From an uncultured delta proteobacterium (GTDB lineage: Bacteria; Myxococcota_A; Polyangia; Fen-1088), in assembly GCA_963737265.1 (NCBI GenBank), contig CAVTRY010000018.1, forward strand, positions 241,414 through 305,413: 64,000 nucleotides of DNA, in the 5' to 3' direction. The position numbers and the translations under genes are program-made. Below the pieces are notes generated by a model. It ran no database searches. It saw nothing but the letters and a program-made list of their open reading frames with translations, and was not told where the DNA came from. The stretch's first letter is position 1. Each line of letters begins with the position of its first letter. Shown in pieces: positions 35,281-44,142 of this stretch.

Positions 35281-36165
35281 ATGGCAAAAGCACAAACCAA
35301 TCATATTGAACTGACCAAGGCAGCCATCGCTCTCGCATCGAAGCGAACCTTCGACCACCTGCTCTACGTCGGCGATCTGCTGCTGCCCGAGGAGGTTTTT
35401 CGTGGCAAGCCGGGCGCGCGCAAGAAGCTCGTGCAAGCCGTGGTCAGCGAAGCCCAGCGCGCCGTGGTCGAGGCCGCGGGTGTCCCAGTCATCCCCTTGC
35501 CGCAGTACGATCTCGGCCGCACCGAAAAACTCAAGCTGGCGCTGGTGAGCGGTATCGCGCGCGGGATCTATTCCGAAGGCGATGTCGTGGTGGCGCTTCT
35601 GTCCGCGCGGCCCGTGGGCAAGCCCGATTCCATCCTCGTCGTCAACGTCGGTCCGGATGAAGAGGACGTGGGCTTTGGCTTTTTGCACACCGAAGGCGTT
35701 TCGCCCGAAATCCTGGAGGCGCTCATCGACCTGGCGGTCACCATCGGCGTGGAAGGGTGGGAAGGCCGCCCGGTGGGCTCGCTGTTCGTCATCGGCGACT
35801 CCAACAAAGTCATGGAGCAGTCGCGGCCACTCAGTCTCAATCCATTCCAGGGCTACTCCGAAGACGAGCGCAACATGCTGAACCCGGAAGTGAAACGTGC
35901 GTTGCGCGCGTTCGCCGTTCTCGATGGCGCCTTCGTGCTGCGCGAAGACGGCGTGGTGCTGGCCGCGGGTCGCTACCTCAACTTCGAAGAGAAGGACGTG
36001 CGCATTCCGCTTGGGCTCGGTTCGCGCCACATGGCGGCCGCTGGCATCACCCACGAAACCGAGGCCATCGCGGTCGTGATCTCGCAGACCTCGGGCGCGG
36101 TTCGCGTGTTCCGCCACGGGCGCGCAGTGCTTGAGCTGGCGTCCCGAATTCGACGGTCGTCCTAG
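35281..36165 (+). CDS. Diadenylate cyclase (DisA_N/DAC domain) with N-terminal extra domain, DacZ-like
   Basis: EGWEGRPVGSLF, LDGAF, GLGSRHMAAA, ISQTSG. Confidence 0.82.
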   Translation: MAKAQTNHIELTKAAIALASKRTFDHLLYVGDLLLPEEVFRGKPGARKKLVQAVVSEAQRAVVEAAGVPVIPLPQYDLGRTEKLKLALVSGIARGIYSEGDVVVALLSARPVGKPDSILVVNVGPDEEDVGFGFLHTEGVSPEILEALIDLAVTIGVEGWEGRPVGSLFVIGDSNKVMEQSRPLSLNPFQGYSEDERNMLNPEVKRALRAFAVLDGAFVLREDGVVLAAGRYLNFEEKDVRIPLGLGSRHMAAAGITHETEAIAVVISQTSGAVRVFRHGRAVLELASRIRRSS

Positions 36166-37437
36166 TCCATCGCTTGACGGATCTTCGTCTCCAGCTCGGC
36201 CGGGGTGAGCTCGGATTGCTGGCGCGTCGTTAGATCGCGCAGGATGAGCTTGCCGGTTGCGAGCTCGTTGTCGCCCACGATGAGCGCCAGTCGGGCGCGC
36301 AGGGCATCGGCGCGCTTGAGCTGCGCCTTGAGGCCGACCTCGCGGTGTTCGATTTCGACTCGGATGCCGGCCAGACGTAGCCTTTGCGCGATGGGCAGGG
36401 CGAAAGCACGCGCTTTTTCGCCCAGGGTAGCGATGAAAAGTGTCAGGCCCGGATCGAAGCTTTCGGCGGGCGCCGTCATGGCGAGCAGGATGCGCTCGAC
36501 GCCCATGCCGAACCCCATCGCCGGGACTTCCGGTCCACCGAGCGACGAGACGAGCTTGTCGTAGCGCCCGCCACCGCATACCGTATTTTGCGCGCCGAGG
36601 TCGCCGACCTTGGCTTTGATTTCGAAGATCGTGCCGGTGTAGTAGTCGAGGCCGCGCACGAGACGCGGATCGAGAACGCTCGCGACGCCCAGGGCGGCGA
36701 GGTGGCCGCGCACGGCTTCGAAGTGCTGCTTGGAAGCTTCGCCGAGAACATCGAGCAAAATGGGCGCGTTTTGCGCCAAGGCTTGCACGTCCGGATCCTT
36801 CGAAATCGAGGATGCGCAGCGGGTTGGTGGTGAGGCGTTGGCGCGAAAACTCGTCGAGCTTGTCTGCATGCTGGGAAAAATAGCCGCGCAGGGCTTCGCG
36901 ATAGGCGATGCGCTCGTCGGGTGCGCCCAGACTGTTGATCGCGACTTCGATGTCGTCCGGCTTGATGCCCAAGTCCGCGAGCAGGGCCACCAGCATGGCG
37001 ATCATTTCGGCGTCGATGGCTGGTCCGGGCAGGCCGAAGACCTCCGCACCGATTTGGTGAAACTGGCGCAAGCGGCCGCGCTGGGCGCGTTCGTGTCTGA
37101 ACATCGGTCCGACGTAGTACCAGCGCGTGACCGGCTCGCGGTTCCATTGCGAGCGGGAAATATAGGCGCGCACCGCCGACGCGGTTCCCTCCGGCCGCAT
37201 GCTGACCGAGCTGCCGTCGCGGTCGTCGAAGGTGTACATCTGCTTTTCCACCACCTCGGTGGCCTCGCCCACCGAGCGCAGGAAGAGCGGCGTGTATTCC
37301 AAAATCGGCGTGCGCAGCTCGCGGTAGGAAAACGCGTCGAGCAGCGAGCGCGCCTTTTCTTCGACGTACTGCCACTTCGCCACCTCGGGTGGCAAGATGT
37401 CGTTCATTCCCTTGACGTTGGCCGGTAGCTCGGACAC
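36162..37437 (-). CDS. hisS: Histidyl-tRNA synthetase, +1 insertion near 36803
   Basis: KGMNDILP, RPEGTAS, FRHERAQRGRLRQFHQ, LVRGLDYY, GGGRYD; split over two frames. Confidence 0.95.
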
Positions 37438-37499
37438 CGGGGCTTTATAGCATTTCGCCCGAGCTCGCGATCTACTCGACGCGGACGACCGCCGCGCCC
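37411..37499 (+). repeat. Left 89-bp direct repeat bounding the CRISPR island
   Basis: 85/89 identical to 55698-55786 by manual alignment. Confidence 0.93.
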
Positions 37500-37582
37500 C
37501 ACATGATCGCCACATCTGCGCGCCGAGTGCCTGGTTTGACGTGTTCCGCGCGAACCGTCATTCGGGTGTACACTGGTGCGGC

Positions 37583-38605
37583 ATGACCGCTGACAGATCT
37601 GTCCATCGAGGTGCACAGTTCGTCCGGCAGTGGCGTCTGCTGCGCACATTAGAGAGGGCGACGCGCGGAATGACCGTCGCCCAGCTTAAGGAAGCGATCG
37701 AAGAGAAGCAGTCCACGCGCACCCTGTATCGCGACCTCGAAGTCCTGCAGCAGGCAGGCTTTCCCCTGACCAACGAAGACGGGCGCTGGCGACTGCTCGA
37801 AACCAGCGAGAGCTCGTGGGCCATACCCGTGAATCCCACCGAAGTCGTGGCCCTGATGCTGACCGAAGATCTGCTGGCCCCCGTCGAGGGAAGCTGGCTG
37901 GCCGAGCCCCTGGCTAACCTGCGCGCCCGCCTTTCGGCCACCTTAACCCCGACCGGCCGCCGCTACTGCGCCGAGCTTCGCAAAGCCAACGTCGCCACGG
38001 TCTTCGGCAGCGGCCACTACGGCGAAAAGCGCGCCGAGCTGGAATCTATCCACGAAGCCATCGAAAAACAACAGCGCGTGCGCATCACCTACGCCACCCC
38101 CGGCAAGCGCCCCGAAGAACGCACCATCGATCCCTACTGCACTTGGTTCGCCGCCGGCCGCGTGTACGTCGTCGCCTACTGCCACAAAGCCGAAGACACC
38201 CGCACCTTCGCCGTCCAGCGCATCAGTCACGCCCAAGTCCTCGACGAATCCTTCGATCCCGATCCCGCCTTCGATCCCGCCGCCTTCACCCGCAAAGGCT
38301 TCGGCGTCTACCACGGCCCCGTCTACCGCGTGACCATCGACTTCGCCCCCCGCGTCGCCCACCTCATCCGCGAGCGCCGCTTCCACGTCAGCCAGCAAGT
38401 GACCGACGTTGGCCGTGGCGTGCGCCTCAAAATGGAAGCAGCCGGCCTACCCGAAATCGCCGCCTGGGTCGCGGGATTCGGCGGCGACGCGCGCGTCGTG
38501 GCGCCCAACGAATTGGTCGAGGCGGTCAAGGGCATGCACCGGCGAGGGTTGGAAGTTGGCGTGACGGGGAAGGACGTGACCTCGGATGACACGAGGGAGA
38601 GGTAG
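37583..38605 (+). CDS. HTH-WYL-WCX transcriptional regulator
   Basis: STRTLYRDLEVLQQAGFP HTH; RTIDPY...VYVVAYCH...RTFAVQRI WYL; WVAGFG WCX. Confidence 0.92.
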   Translation: MTADRSVHRGAQFVRQWRLLRTLERATRGMTVAQLKEAIEEKQSTRTLYRDLEVLQQAGFPLTNEDGRWRLLETSESSWAIPVNPTEVVALMLTEDLLAPVEGSWLAEPLANLRARLSATLTPTGRRYCAELRKANVATVFGSGHYGEKRAELESIHEAIEKQQRVRITYATPGKRPEERTIDPYCTWFAAGRVYVVAYCHKAEDTRTFAVQRISHAQVLDESFDPDPAFDPAAFTRKGFGVYHGPVYRVTIDFAPRVAHLIRERRFHVSQQVTDVGRGVRLKMEAAGLPEIAAWVAGFGGDARVVAPNELVEAVKGMHRRGLEVGVTGKDVTSDDTRER

Positions 38606-38623
38606 CTTGAGGGAAGAGACCTG

Positions 38624-38926
38624 ATGAAGAAGCCCACGGTCCAAACGAACACCCGAACCAAGGCCACAACGAATCCACCTAGGGATGCCCGGATGGTCCG
38701 CGGACGCTCGCGCGAGGAGGCACTGTTCCCAGTGGCCCCGATGCGATCGGATCTTCCCAAGGACTACGCCGCGGCCCTGGCTGAAATCAAAGACCGCGTT
38801 CGGCAAGAACGCCTGCGTGTCGTTCTGGCCGCGAATTCGGCCATGGTCTTACTTTATTGGGACATCGGACGGGTGATTCTCGATCGACAGGCACGCGAGG
38901 GCTGGGGCGCGCGCGTCATCGATCGT
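38624..38926 (+). pseudogene. Truncated DUF1016/YhcG N-terminal fragment
   Basis: AANSAMVLLYWDIGRVILDRQAREGWGARVIDR is typical of DUF1016_N and breaks off abruptly. Confidence 0.8.
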
Positions 38927-39215
38927 CGGTTCGGACGCAGGGATGCGCAGACAGGCCGAGCTGAACCTTGTCGACTGGTCGAAGCCGTACATCGAATCGA
39001 ACTACCCTGGCGAGGTCGATGAGCGCATCATGACCCGACTGGGTGAAGGCGACCGCCGAGTCGCATTTGACCCGGCCTTCATAGGCCCCTTCGGCCTGCC
39101 CGTATCCGAATTGAACCTCAAAGCTTTCTGGGCGCGAGGAGTCCCGAGCGAAGAAGACCAGGCATCATCCGTGACATCGCACGATAGCGAGACCCGTTTC
39201 CGCTTCGGGGGTTGA
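38922..39215 (+). pseudogene. cas3: Probable C-terminal remnant of type I-E cas3
   Basis: AELNLVDWSKPY...IMTRLGEGDRRVAF...GPFG...RFRFGG resembles the Cas3 C-terminus (TRLG motif) and sits in the expected position. No HD or helicase motifs. Confidence 0.6.
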
Positions 39216-39435
39216 GCAAACCGACGACGAGGCCCGCATCGCGTGGGAGCAGACCGTCCAGGACATCGCCTCGGCGGAACTACAATGTGCCATCGAACGA
39301 TCCTGTGTGCCGGCTGTCCGACGGTACAAAGCCATCAGCGATGCCGAACGGAAGTTTCGCGGCTGTCTCAGGCTTCATTTTCCAGACCTAGTAACCGCTA
39401 CTAGCAGCGGCGACGACAAGGAGGCAACACCATGA
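39211..39435 (+). pseudogene. cas8e: Probable C-terminal remnant of cas8e (cse1/casA), no start codon
   Basis: VEQTDDEARIAWEQTVQDIASAELQCAIERSCVPAVRRYKAISDAERKFRGCLRLHFPDL; its TGA overlaps the cse2 ATG (ATGA); in-frame stop upstream at 39172. Confidence 0.65.
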
Positions 39436-39968
39436 CGACGGATAGCACCCAAGATGGGAACGGCGGAATCGATGGTCTCGTACATCGAATAGCAACCCTG
39501 CTAAAGCACGGGGGCAATGTGCTAACGACCGGGGACGTGGCGCTGCTACGCCGGATGGACCCTCGGCATCCGCCGTCGGCGTTCTTCAAACTGGAAGGCA
39601 CAGTGCTGGATGCGGTGCTGCCCGGGGAAGTCCATGCGCGAGAGGAGCGCGAGACGCGCTGGGCGGCGGTGGTGGTCGGACTCGCCCATCTCGGAGATCT
39701 GCACCGACCGGAGCGACGTCTCGGCGAAGCGCTTGCCGACGCCCACTTTTCCGAGCGGCGCTTCGCGCAGCTGCTCCGAGCAGACGCAGAACAACTCATC
39801 GACGAGATACCAATGGTCGCGCGCTACCTAGCTGCCAAGGGTGTGCCAGCTAATTTTTCCGCGGCCGCTTGGCTGATCCTGTCAGCCGGTCAGACCAACG
39901 AAGAGAGGGAGAGACGCAACATCGCCCGAGACTATTACGGTGCGATTGCACGCCAGACAAACGACTGA
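39432..39968 (+). CDS. cse2: Type I-E small subunit Cse2/CasB (Cas11)
   Basis: GDVALLRR, LGEALA, SERRFAQLLRA, IARDYY; immediately upstream of cas7. Confidence 0.85.
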   Translation: MTTDSTQDGNGGIDGLVHRIATLLKHGGNVLTTGDVALLRRMDPRHPPSAFFKLEGTVLDAVLPGEVHAREERETRWAAVVVGLAHLGDLHRPERRLGEALADAHFSERRFAQLLRADAEQLIDEIPMVARYLAAKGVPANFSAAAWLILSAGQTNEERERRNIARDYYGAIARQTND

Positions 39969-39994
39969 CTCAACACGAACGGAGGAGGCAACCG

Positions 39995-41287
39995 ATGTCC
40001 GCACAATTTCTACAAATCCACACGCTCACCAGTTATCCCGCGTCACTTCTGAACCGCGATGATGCGGGCTTTGCGAAGCGCATGCCGTTCGGCGGCGCAG
40101 TCCGCACCCGGATCTCTTCACAGTGTTTGAAAAGCCACTGGCGGGCCTTTGATGGCGAGAACAGTCTAGACGCCATTCAAGCGCCGGAATCCGTCCGATC
40201 GCGGGTGTCGTTTGAAGTGCATATCGTCAAGCCGCTCGTCAAGGACGGCGTTCCCGAGAACATCGCGCTCGCGGCAGCTGAAAAGCTCATAGGCAAGGTC
40301 TTTGGTGGCGAGGCAAAGAAGGAAAAAGCGGACAAGAACAAGGGCAGGAAGAAGACTCAGAGTGCGCCCGCAACGGTCCAGGTTGGCAGCGGTGACACAG
40401 CGGTGCCAGCGGCGGCCACCCCGGACGACTCCTCCACACCAGCAGAGCCTCTCACCAGCGATGCGGCCAAGACCGCCCAGGTCACGGTCCTTGGACAGCC
40501 AGAACTCGACTACTTGCTCCAAATCGCTCGCGAGGCGATCAAGACCACAGGAAACGACGTCGCAAGAATGGAGAAGGCGATCGACGATCGACTCGGCGAC
40601 AAGGACATGAAGAAGAACATCAAGGCCCTCAAGCCAGGCTCCCTGTCGGCAGGCCTTGGGGCAGCCCTTTTTGGGCGAATGGTGACAGGCGATATCCTTA
40701 CGCGCACAGACGCTGCGATCCATGTTGCCCACGCATTGACCGTTCACTCGCAGATGACGGAGAGCGACTACTTCTCGGCTATCGATGACCTCATTCGGGA
40801 AGATGGAGAACAGGAATCCGGCCACATCAACGCCAGCGAGTTGACTAGCGGACTCTTCTACGGATACGTGGTTGTGGACATAAACGGACTCGTCCAGAAT
40901 CTCGGAGGAGATCACAAGCTTGCTGCCGATGTTGTCGAGAAGCTGATACACATCGTCGCCAAGGTCAGCCCGGGCGCAAAGTTGGGCTCGACTGCGCCCT
41001 ACGCCTATAGCCATTTTGTCCTGGGCGAGAGTGGAAATGCCCAGCCACGCACTCTTCAGAATGCCTTCCTCGATCCGGTTCGCACGCAAGGAAATGTCGT
41101 CCAGAATGCCGAACAGGCGATGGCCAAGCACTTGCGCGAATTGGACGAAATGTATGGGAAGAGCGAGGTGCGCGCGCACGCGGGCCTGGGAGAAACGGAC
41201 AAGCTCTTCGAGGGCAAGACCAACCTGGTGAAACTGGCTGAGTGGGCCAAGCAACAAATCACAGGCAAGAACCAGCCGGGGATCTGA
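39995..41287 (+). CDS. cas7: Type I-E Cas7 (Cse4/CasC)
   Basis: QIHTLTSYPASLLNRDDAG, RISSQCLK, ALFGRM, VAHA, DYFSAIDD. Confidence 0.95.
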   Translation: MSAQFLQIHTLTSYPASLLNRDDAGFAKRMPFGGAVRTRISSQCLKSHWRAFDGENSLDAIQAPESVRSRVSFEVHIVKPLVKDGVPENIALAAAEKLIGKVFGGEAKKEKADKNKGRKKTQSAPATVQVGSGDTAVPAAATPDDSSTPAEPLTSDAAKTAQVTVLGQPELDYLLQIAREAIKTTGNDVARMEKAIDDRLGDKDMKKNIKALKPGSLSAGLGAALFGRMVTGDILTRTDAAIHVAHALTVHSQMTESDYFSAIDDLIREDGEQESGHINASELTSGLFYGYVVVDINGLVQNLGGDHKLAADVVEKLIHIVAKVSPGAKLGSTAPYAYSHFVLGESGNAQPRTLQNAFLDPVRTQGNVVQNAEQAMAKHLRELDEMYGKSEVRAHAGLGETDKLFEGKTNLVKLAEWAKQQITGKNQPGI

Positions 41288-42018
41288 TGCAAGTACTCGT
41301 ACTTCGCCTCGACGCACCCCTCGTCAGTTTCGGCGCCCCGATGGTCGACCAGAACGGTGTGGTCCAAGCCTTTCCACCGCTCTCGCTTTTGACAGGCATG
41401 ATAGGCAACGCCCTCGGATGGGGCCATCGAGATGTCGACAAGCTGACCGCCATGCAGAGCCGTCTTCGGTTCGCTTCGCGTATCGACAGGCGCGGCGAGG
41501 CGCTGATCGACTATCAGATCGTCGATCTTGGTCATGAATGGATGAAACCCGAAAATGCTGGTTGGACAACCCGAGGAACGATCGCCAGCCGCACTAGTGG
41601 CAGCAAGGAGAAATCGCATATCCGATATCGCCACTACCGTGCCGACAGCCTGCACACCGTGACGCTAACCCTTGTTGGCGAAGAAAGCCCAACTGTCGAC
41701 GAGGTCGCGCGAGCCCTCACCGAACCCGCACGGCCGCTGTTCATCGGAAGGAAATGTTGCATTCCCGCATCTCGCCTCCTGCTGGACACTATCGATGCGC
41801 CCTCCCTGGTGGCAGCACTGGCTGGCGTTCCGCGATCGGCTCGTGCCGATAGCGGCCCGTTGTCGGCTTGCTGGTGGGAAGGGGATGACCCAACCGGTAC
41901 GGTGGGAGACTCGCGAGTTGTCCCGGTGACGGACGAGCGAGACTGGAAGAATCAGATTCACACCGGGCGACGCCTCATGCGCGAGGGGCGCGTCGATCCG
42001 CCGGAGGCCCAACCGTGA
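41287..42018 (+). CDS. cas5: Type I-E Cas5 (CasD)
   Basis: LVLRLDAPLVSFG, GMIGNALG, RHYRAD, PLFIGRKCC. Confidence 0.93.
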   Translation: MQVLVLRLDAPLVSFGAPMVDQNGVVQAFPPLSLLTGMIGNALGWGHRDVDKLTAMQSRLRFASRIDRRGEALIDYQIVDLGHEWMKPENAGWTTRGTIASRTSGSKEKSHIRYRHYRADSLHTVTLTLVGEESPTVDEVARALTEPARPLFIGRKCCIPASRLLLDTIDAPSLVAALAGVPRSARADSGPLSACWWEGDDPTGTVGDSRVVPVTDERDWKNQIHTGRRLMREGRVDPPEAQP

Positions 42019-42767
42019 CTGAAGAAGAGGTCCATCTCGTAAAGGTTCCCCTGCGCGCCGATCGCGTCGCGGCCATCGCCCGAAGACGTCAGGTGCCAGT
42101 TCGGGATCTCGATGCCGACTACCTGGCTCACTGCCTGCTTCGTGAGTTGTGGCAAGAAGCGGCCCCGGCGCCGTTCGTCCTGAAGGGAAATGGCCGTGTT
42201 ATCGACGTTCTTGGCTACTCCCGGGCAGGGCGCGAGGCCCTCATCGACCGGGCGAGGACATTCGGCGATCCGGCAGTCCTCGACGCCATCGACGATCTCG
42301 ATGCAGTTGCTGCGAAGGAAATGCCGCGCCTAGAGCCTGGACGCCGGGTCGGATTCCGGGTGCGTGCGTGTCCAGTGGTACGTTTGGCGAAAGGGCGTTG
42401 TGACCATCGGGCGGGTGCCGAGATTGACGCCTTTCTCGCTCGATGCTTCAAGCTCGGGCCGAGTCAGAAGGTTGATCGACAGGAGGTCTACCGGGCGTGG
42501 CTGGCCAAGCGCTTCGAGAACCAGGAAGTGACCGGGGTCGAATTGGTGAACAGCCGGATAATCGGGATTGCCAGAGAACGGTTCATCCGTCGCACACACG
42601 GAGAGCAACGTGAGGCTCGCCGGATTGAGCGTCCAGATGTAACCTTTGGAGGTGATTTCATCGTCACCAATGGCGAAACGCTTCTGCGATTCCTCGCCCA
42701 CGGCCTTGGCAGACACCGTGCCTTCGGGTTCGGTGCCATCATGCTCGTGCCGCCGGGCGAACAATAG
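42015..42767 (+). CDS. cas6e: Type I-E Cas6 (Cse3/CasE)
   Basis: FRVRACP and C-terminal G-rich loop GLGRHRAFGFG. Confidence 0.92.
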   Translation: MTEEEVHLVKVPLRADRVAAIARRRQVPVRDLDADYLAHCLLRELWQEAAPAPFVLKGNGRVIDVLGYSRAGREALIDRARTFGDPAVLDAIDDLDAVAAKEMPRLEPGRRVGFRVRACPVVRLAKGRCDHRAGAEIDAFLARCFKLGPSQKVDRQEVYRAWLAKRFENQEVTGVELVNSRIIGIARERFIRRTHGEQREARRIERPDVTFGGDFIVTNGETLLRFLAHGLGRHRAFGFGAIMLVPPGEQ

Positions 42768-42788
42768 GCGAAGCATCGACGGGGGATT

Positions 42789-43745
42789 GTGCTCAAAGGC
42801 CGCCTCGGTTTAGAGACCGCGCGCATTCCCCATGCCGATCGCCACGGGTGCATCTGGCTTGGACGGGGCGTTCTTTCAGTCGAAGACGGAACCCTGCGGT
42901 TTGTAACGGCAGGGGGAGCGGGTCTTGCGGCAGGTTCTTACGGAATTCCATTTCAAACAGTCAGCGCCATCTTCCTTGAGCCCGGCACCACAATCAGTCA
43001 CGACGCCCTCAGACTGCTAGCCAGAAACGGAACGGGCCTGGTTTTCACGGGTGAAGACGGCGTTCGTTTCTATGCATCGCTGCCCTTCGGCCGCGATGAA
43101 AGCGCCCTGGCTCGCGCGCAGGTCCGGCTGTGGACCGACGAGGAGAAGCGCCGAACTGTAGCCCGGAAAATGTACGCAAGGCGGCTGGGCGAGATCCTCC
43201 CATCGGCCGACCTGAATGTTCTACGAGGCATCGAGGGGGCACGGGTACGAGTGCTGTACCGGACGCTTGCGCGCCAGTTCGACGTTCAATGGGCAGGTCG
43301 GAACTACGACCGCGACGATCCGGACGCTACCGATCTGGTCAACCAAGCCGTCAACCACGCCTCGGCTGCCATACGCGCTGCTGCGATGATCGCCGTAGCG
43401 GCAACGTCCACGATTCCCCAGCTCGGCTTCATCCATGAAGACTCCGCCAATGCCTTCTCCCTCGATATCGCTGATCTATTCCGCGAGTCCGTCTGCCTGC
43501 CCGCCGCCTTTCGGGCCGTGAAGCAATTCGAGAGCGACCCGGCCCAGCCTCTTGAGCGCCACGCGCGCCGATGGGCTGGACGCAGCCTGCGCGATGACAA
43601 GGTGATCCCGTCGATGATAGACGCGATCAAGGCAGTGCTGGTTGATGATGGATGCCCCTCGTCAACAACCGCAAAGCCGGGGGTCTCGACGCCAACAGAG
43701 CCAGAAGGATCGAACAAAGACTCTGAGCCGAGTCCAGCGCCATGA
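42789..43745 (+). CDS. cas1: Type I-E Cas1
   Basis: LEPGTTISHDA, LRGIEGARV, NQAVN, LGFIH, DIADLF. Confidence 0.95.
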   Translation: MLKGRLGLETARIPHADRHGCIWLGRGVLSVEDGTLRFVTAGGAGLAAGSYGIPFQTVSAIFLEPGTTISHDALRLLARNGTGLVFTGEDGVRFYASLPFGRDESALARAQVRLWTDEEKRRTVARKMYARRLGEILPSADLNVLRGIEGARVRVLYRTLARQFDVQWAGRNYDRDDPDATDLVNQAVNHASAAIRAAAMIAVAATSTIPQLGFIHEDSANAFSLDIADLFRESVCLPAAFRAVKQFESDPAQPLERHARRWAGRSLRDDKVIPSMIDAIKAVLVDDGCPSSTTAKPGVSTPTEPEGSNKDSEPSPAP

Positions 43746-44053
43746 CGATCGTCGTGACCCGGAACGCGCCCGACAGGTACCGGGGCTTCTTGGCGAGTTG
43801 CATGCTCGAGCTTGCCCCTGGCGTCTACGCGAGTCCGGAGATGTCCCGTGCAGTTCGCGACCGAATCTGGACCGTTTGTTGCGAGTGGGCTGGGTTACTG
43901 CCCAAGGACGGAGGCGTACTTATGACCTTTCGTGACAGGGAGAGCCCCAGTGGCCTCGCCGTCCTAACTCTCGGCTGGCCGAAAAAGGAACTCGTCGAGT
44001 TGGACGGCATCTGGATTGACCGCTCCCCTCCGGGATCTCTGAAAATCGAATAG
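43742..44053 (+). CDS. cas2: Type I-E Cas2 (no DnaQ fusion)
   Basis: MTIVVT...RGFLASCMLELAPGVY...VRDRIW...ELDGIW. Confidence 0.92.
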   Translation: MTIVVTRNAPDRYRGFLASCMLELAPGVYASPEMSRAVRDRIWTVCCEWAGLLPKDGGVLMTFRDRESPSGLAVLTLGWPKKELVELDGIWIDRSPPGSLKIE

Positions 44054-44142
44054 TTCATCGAGACGCATACGTCATCCACGGTCCAGCGCCGTCCGATCTG
44101 TCGCCAGAGTGTTCAGACTGGGCTATCCTGAACACTCTTACA
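44054..44142 (+). promoter_or_regulatory. Short CRISPR leader containing a perfect 11-bp inverted repeat
   Basis: Between the cas2 stop and the first repeat; AGAGTGTTCAG-N11-CTGAACACTCT at 44106-44138. Confidence 0.75.
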
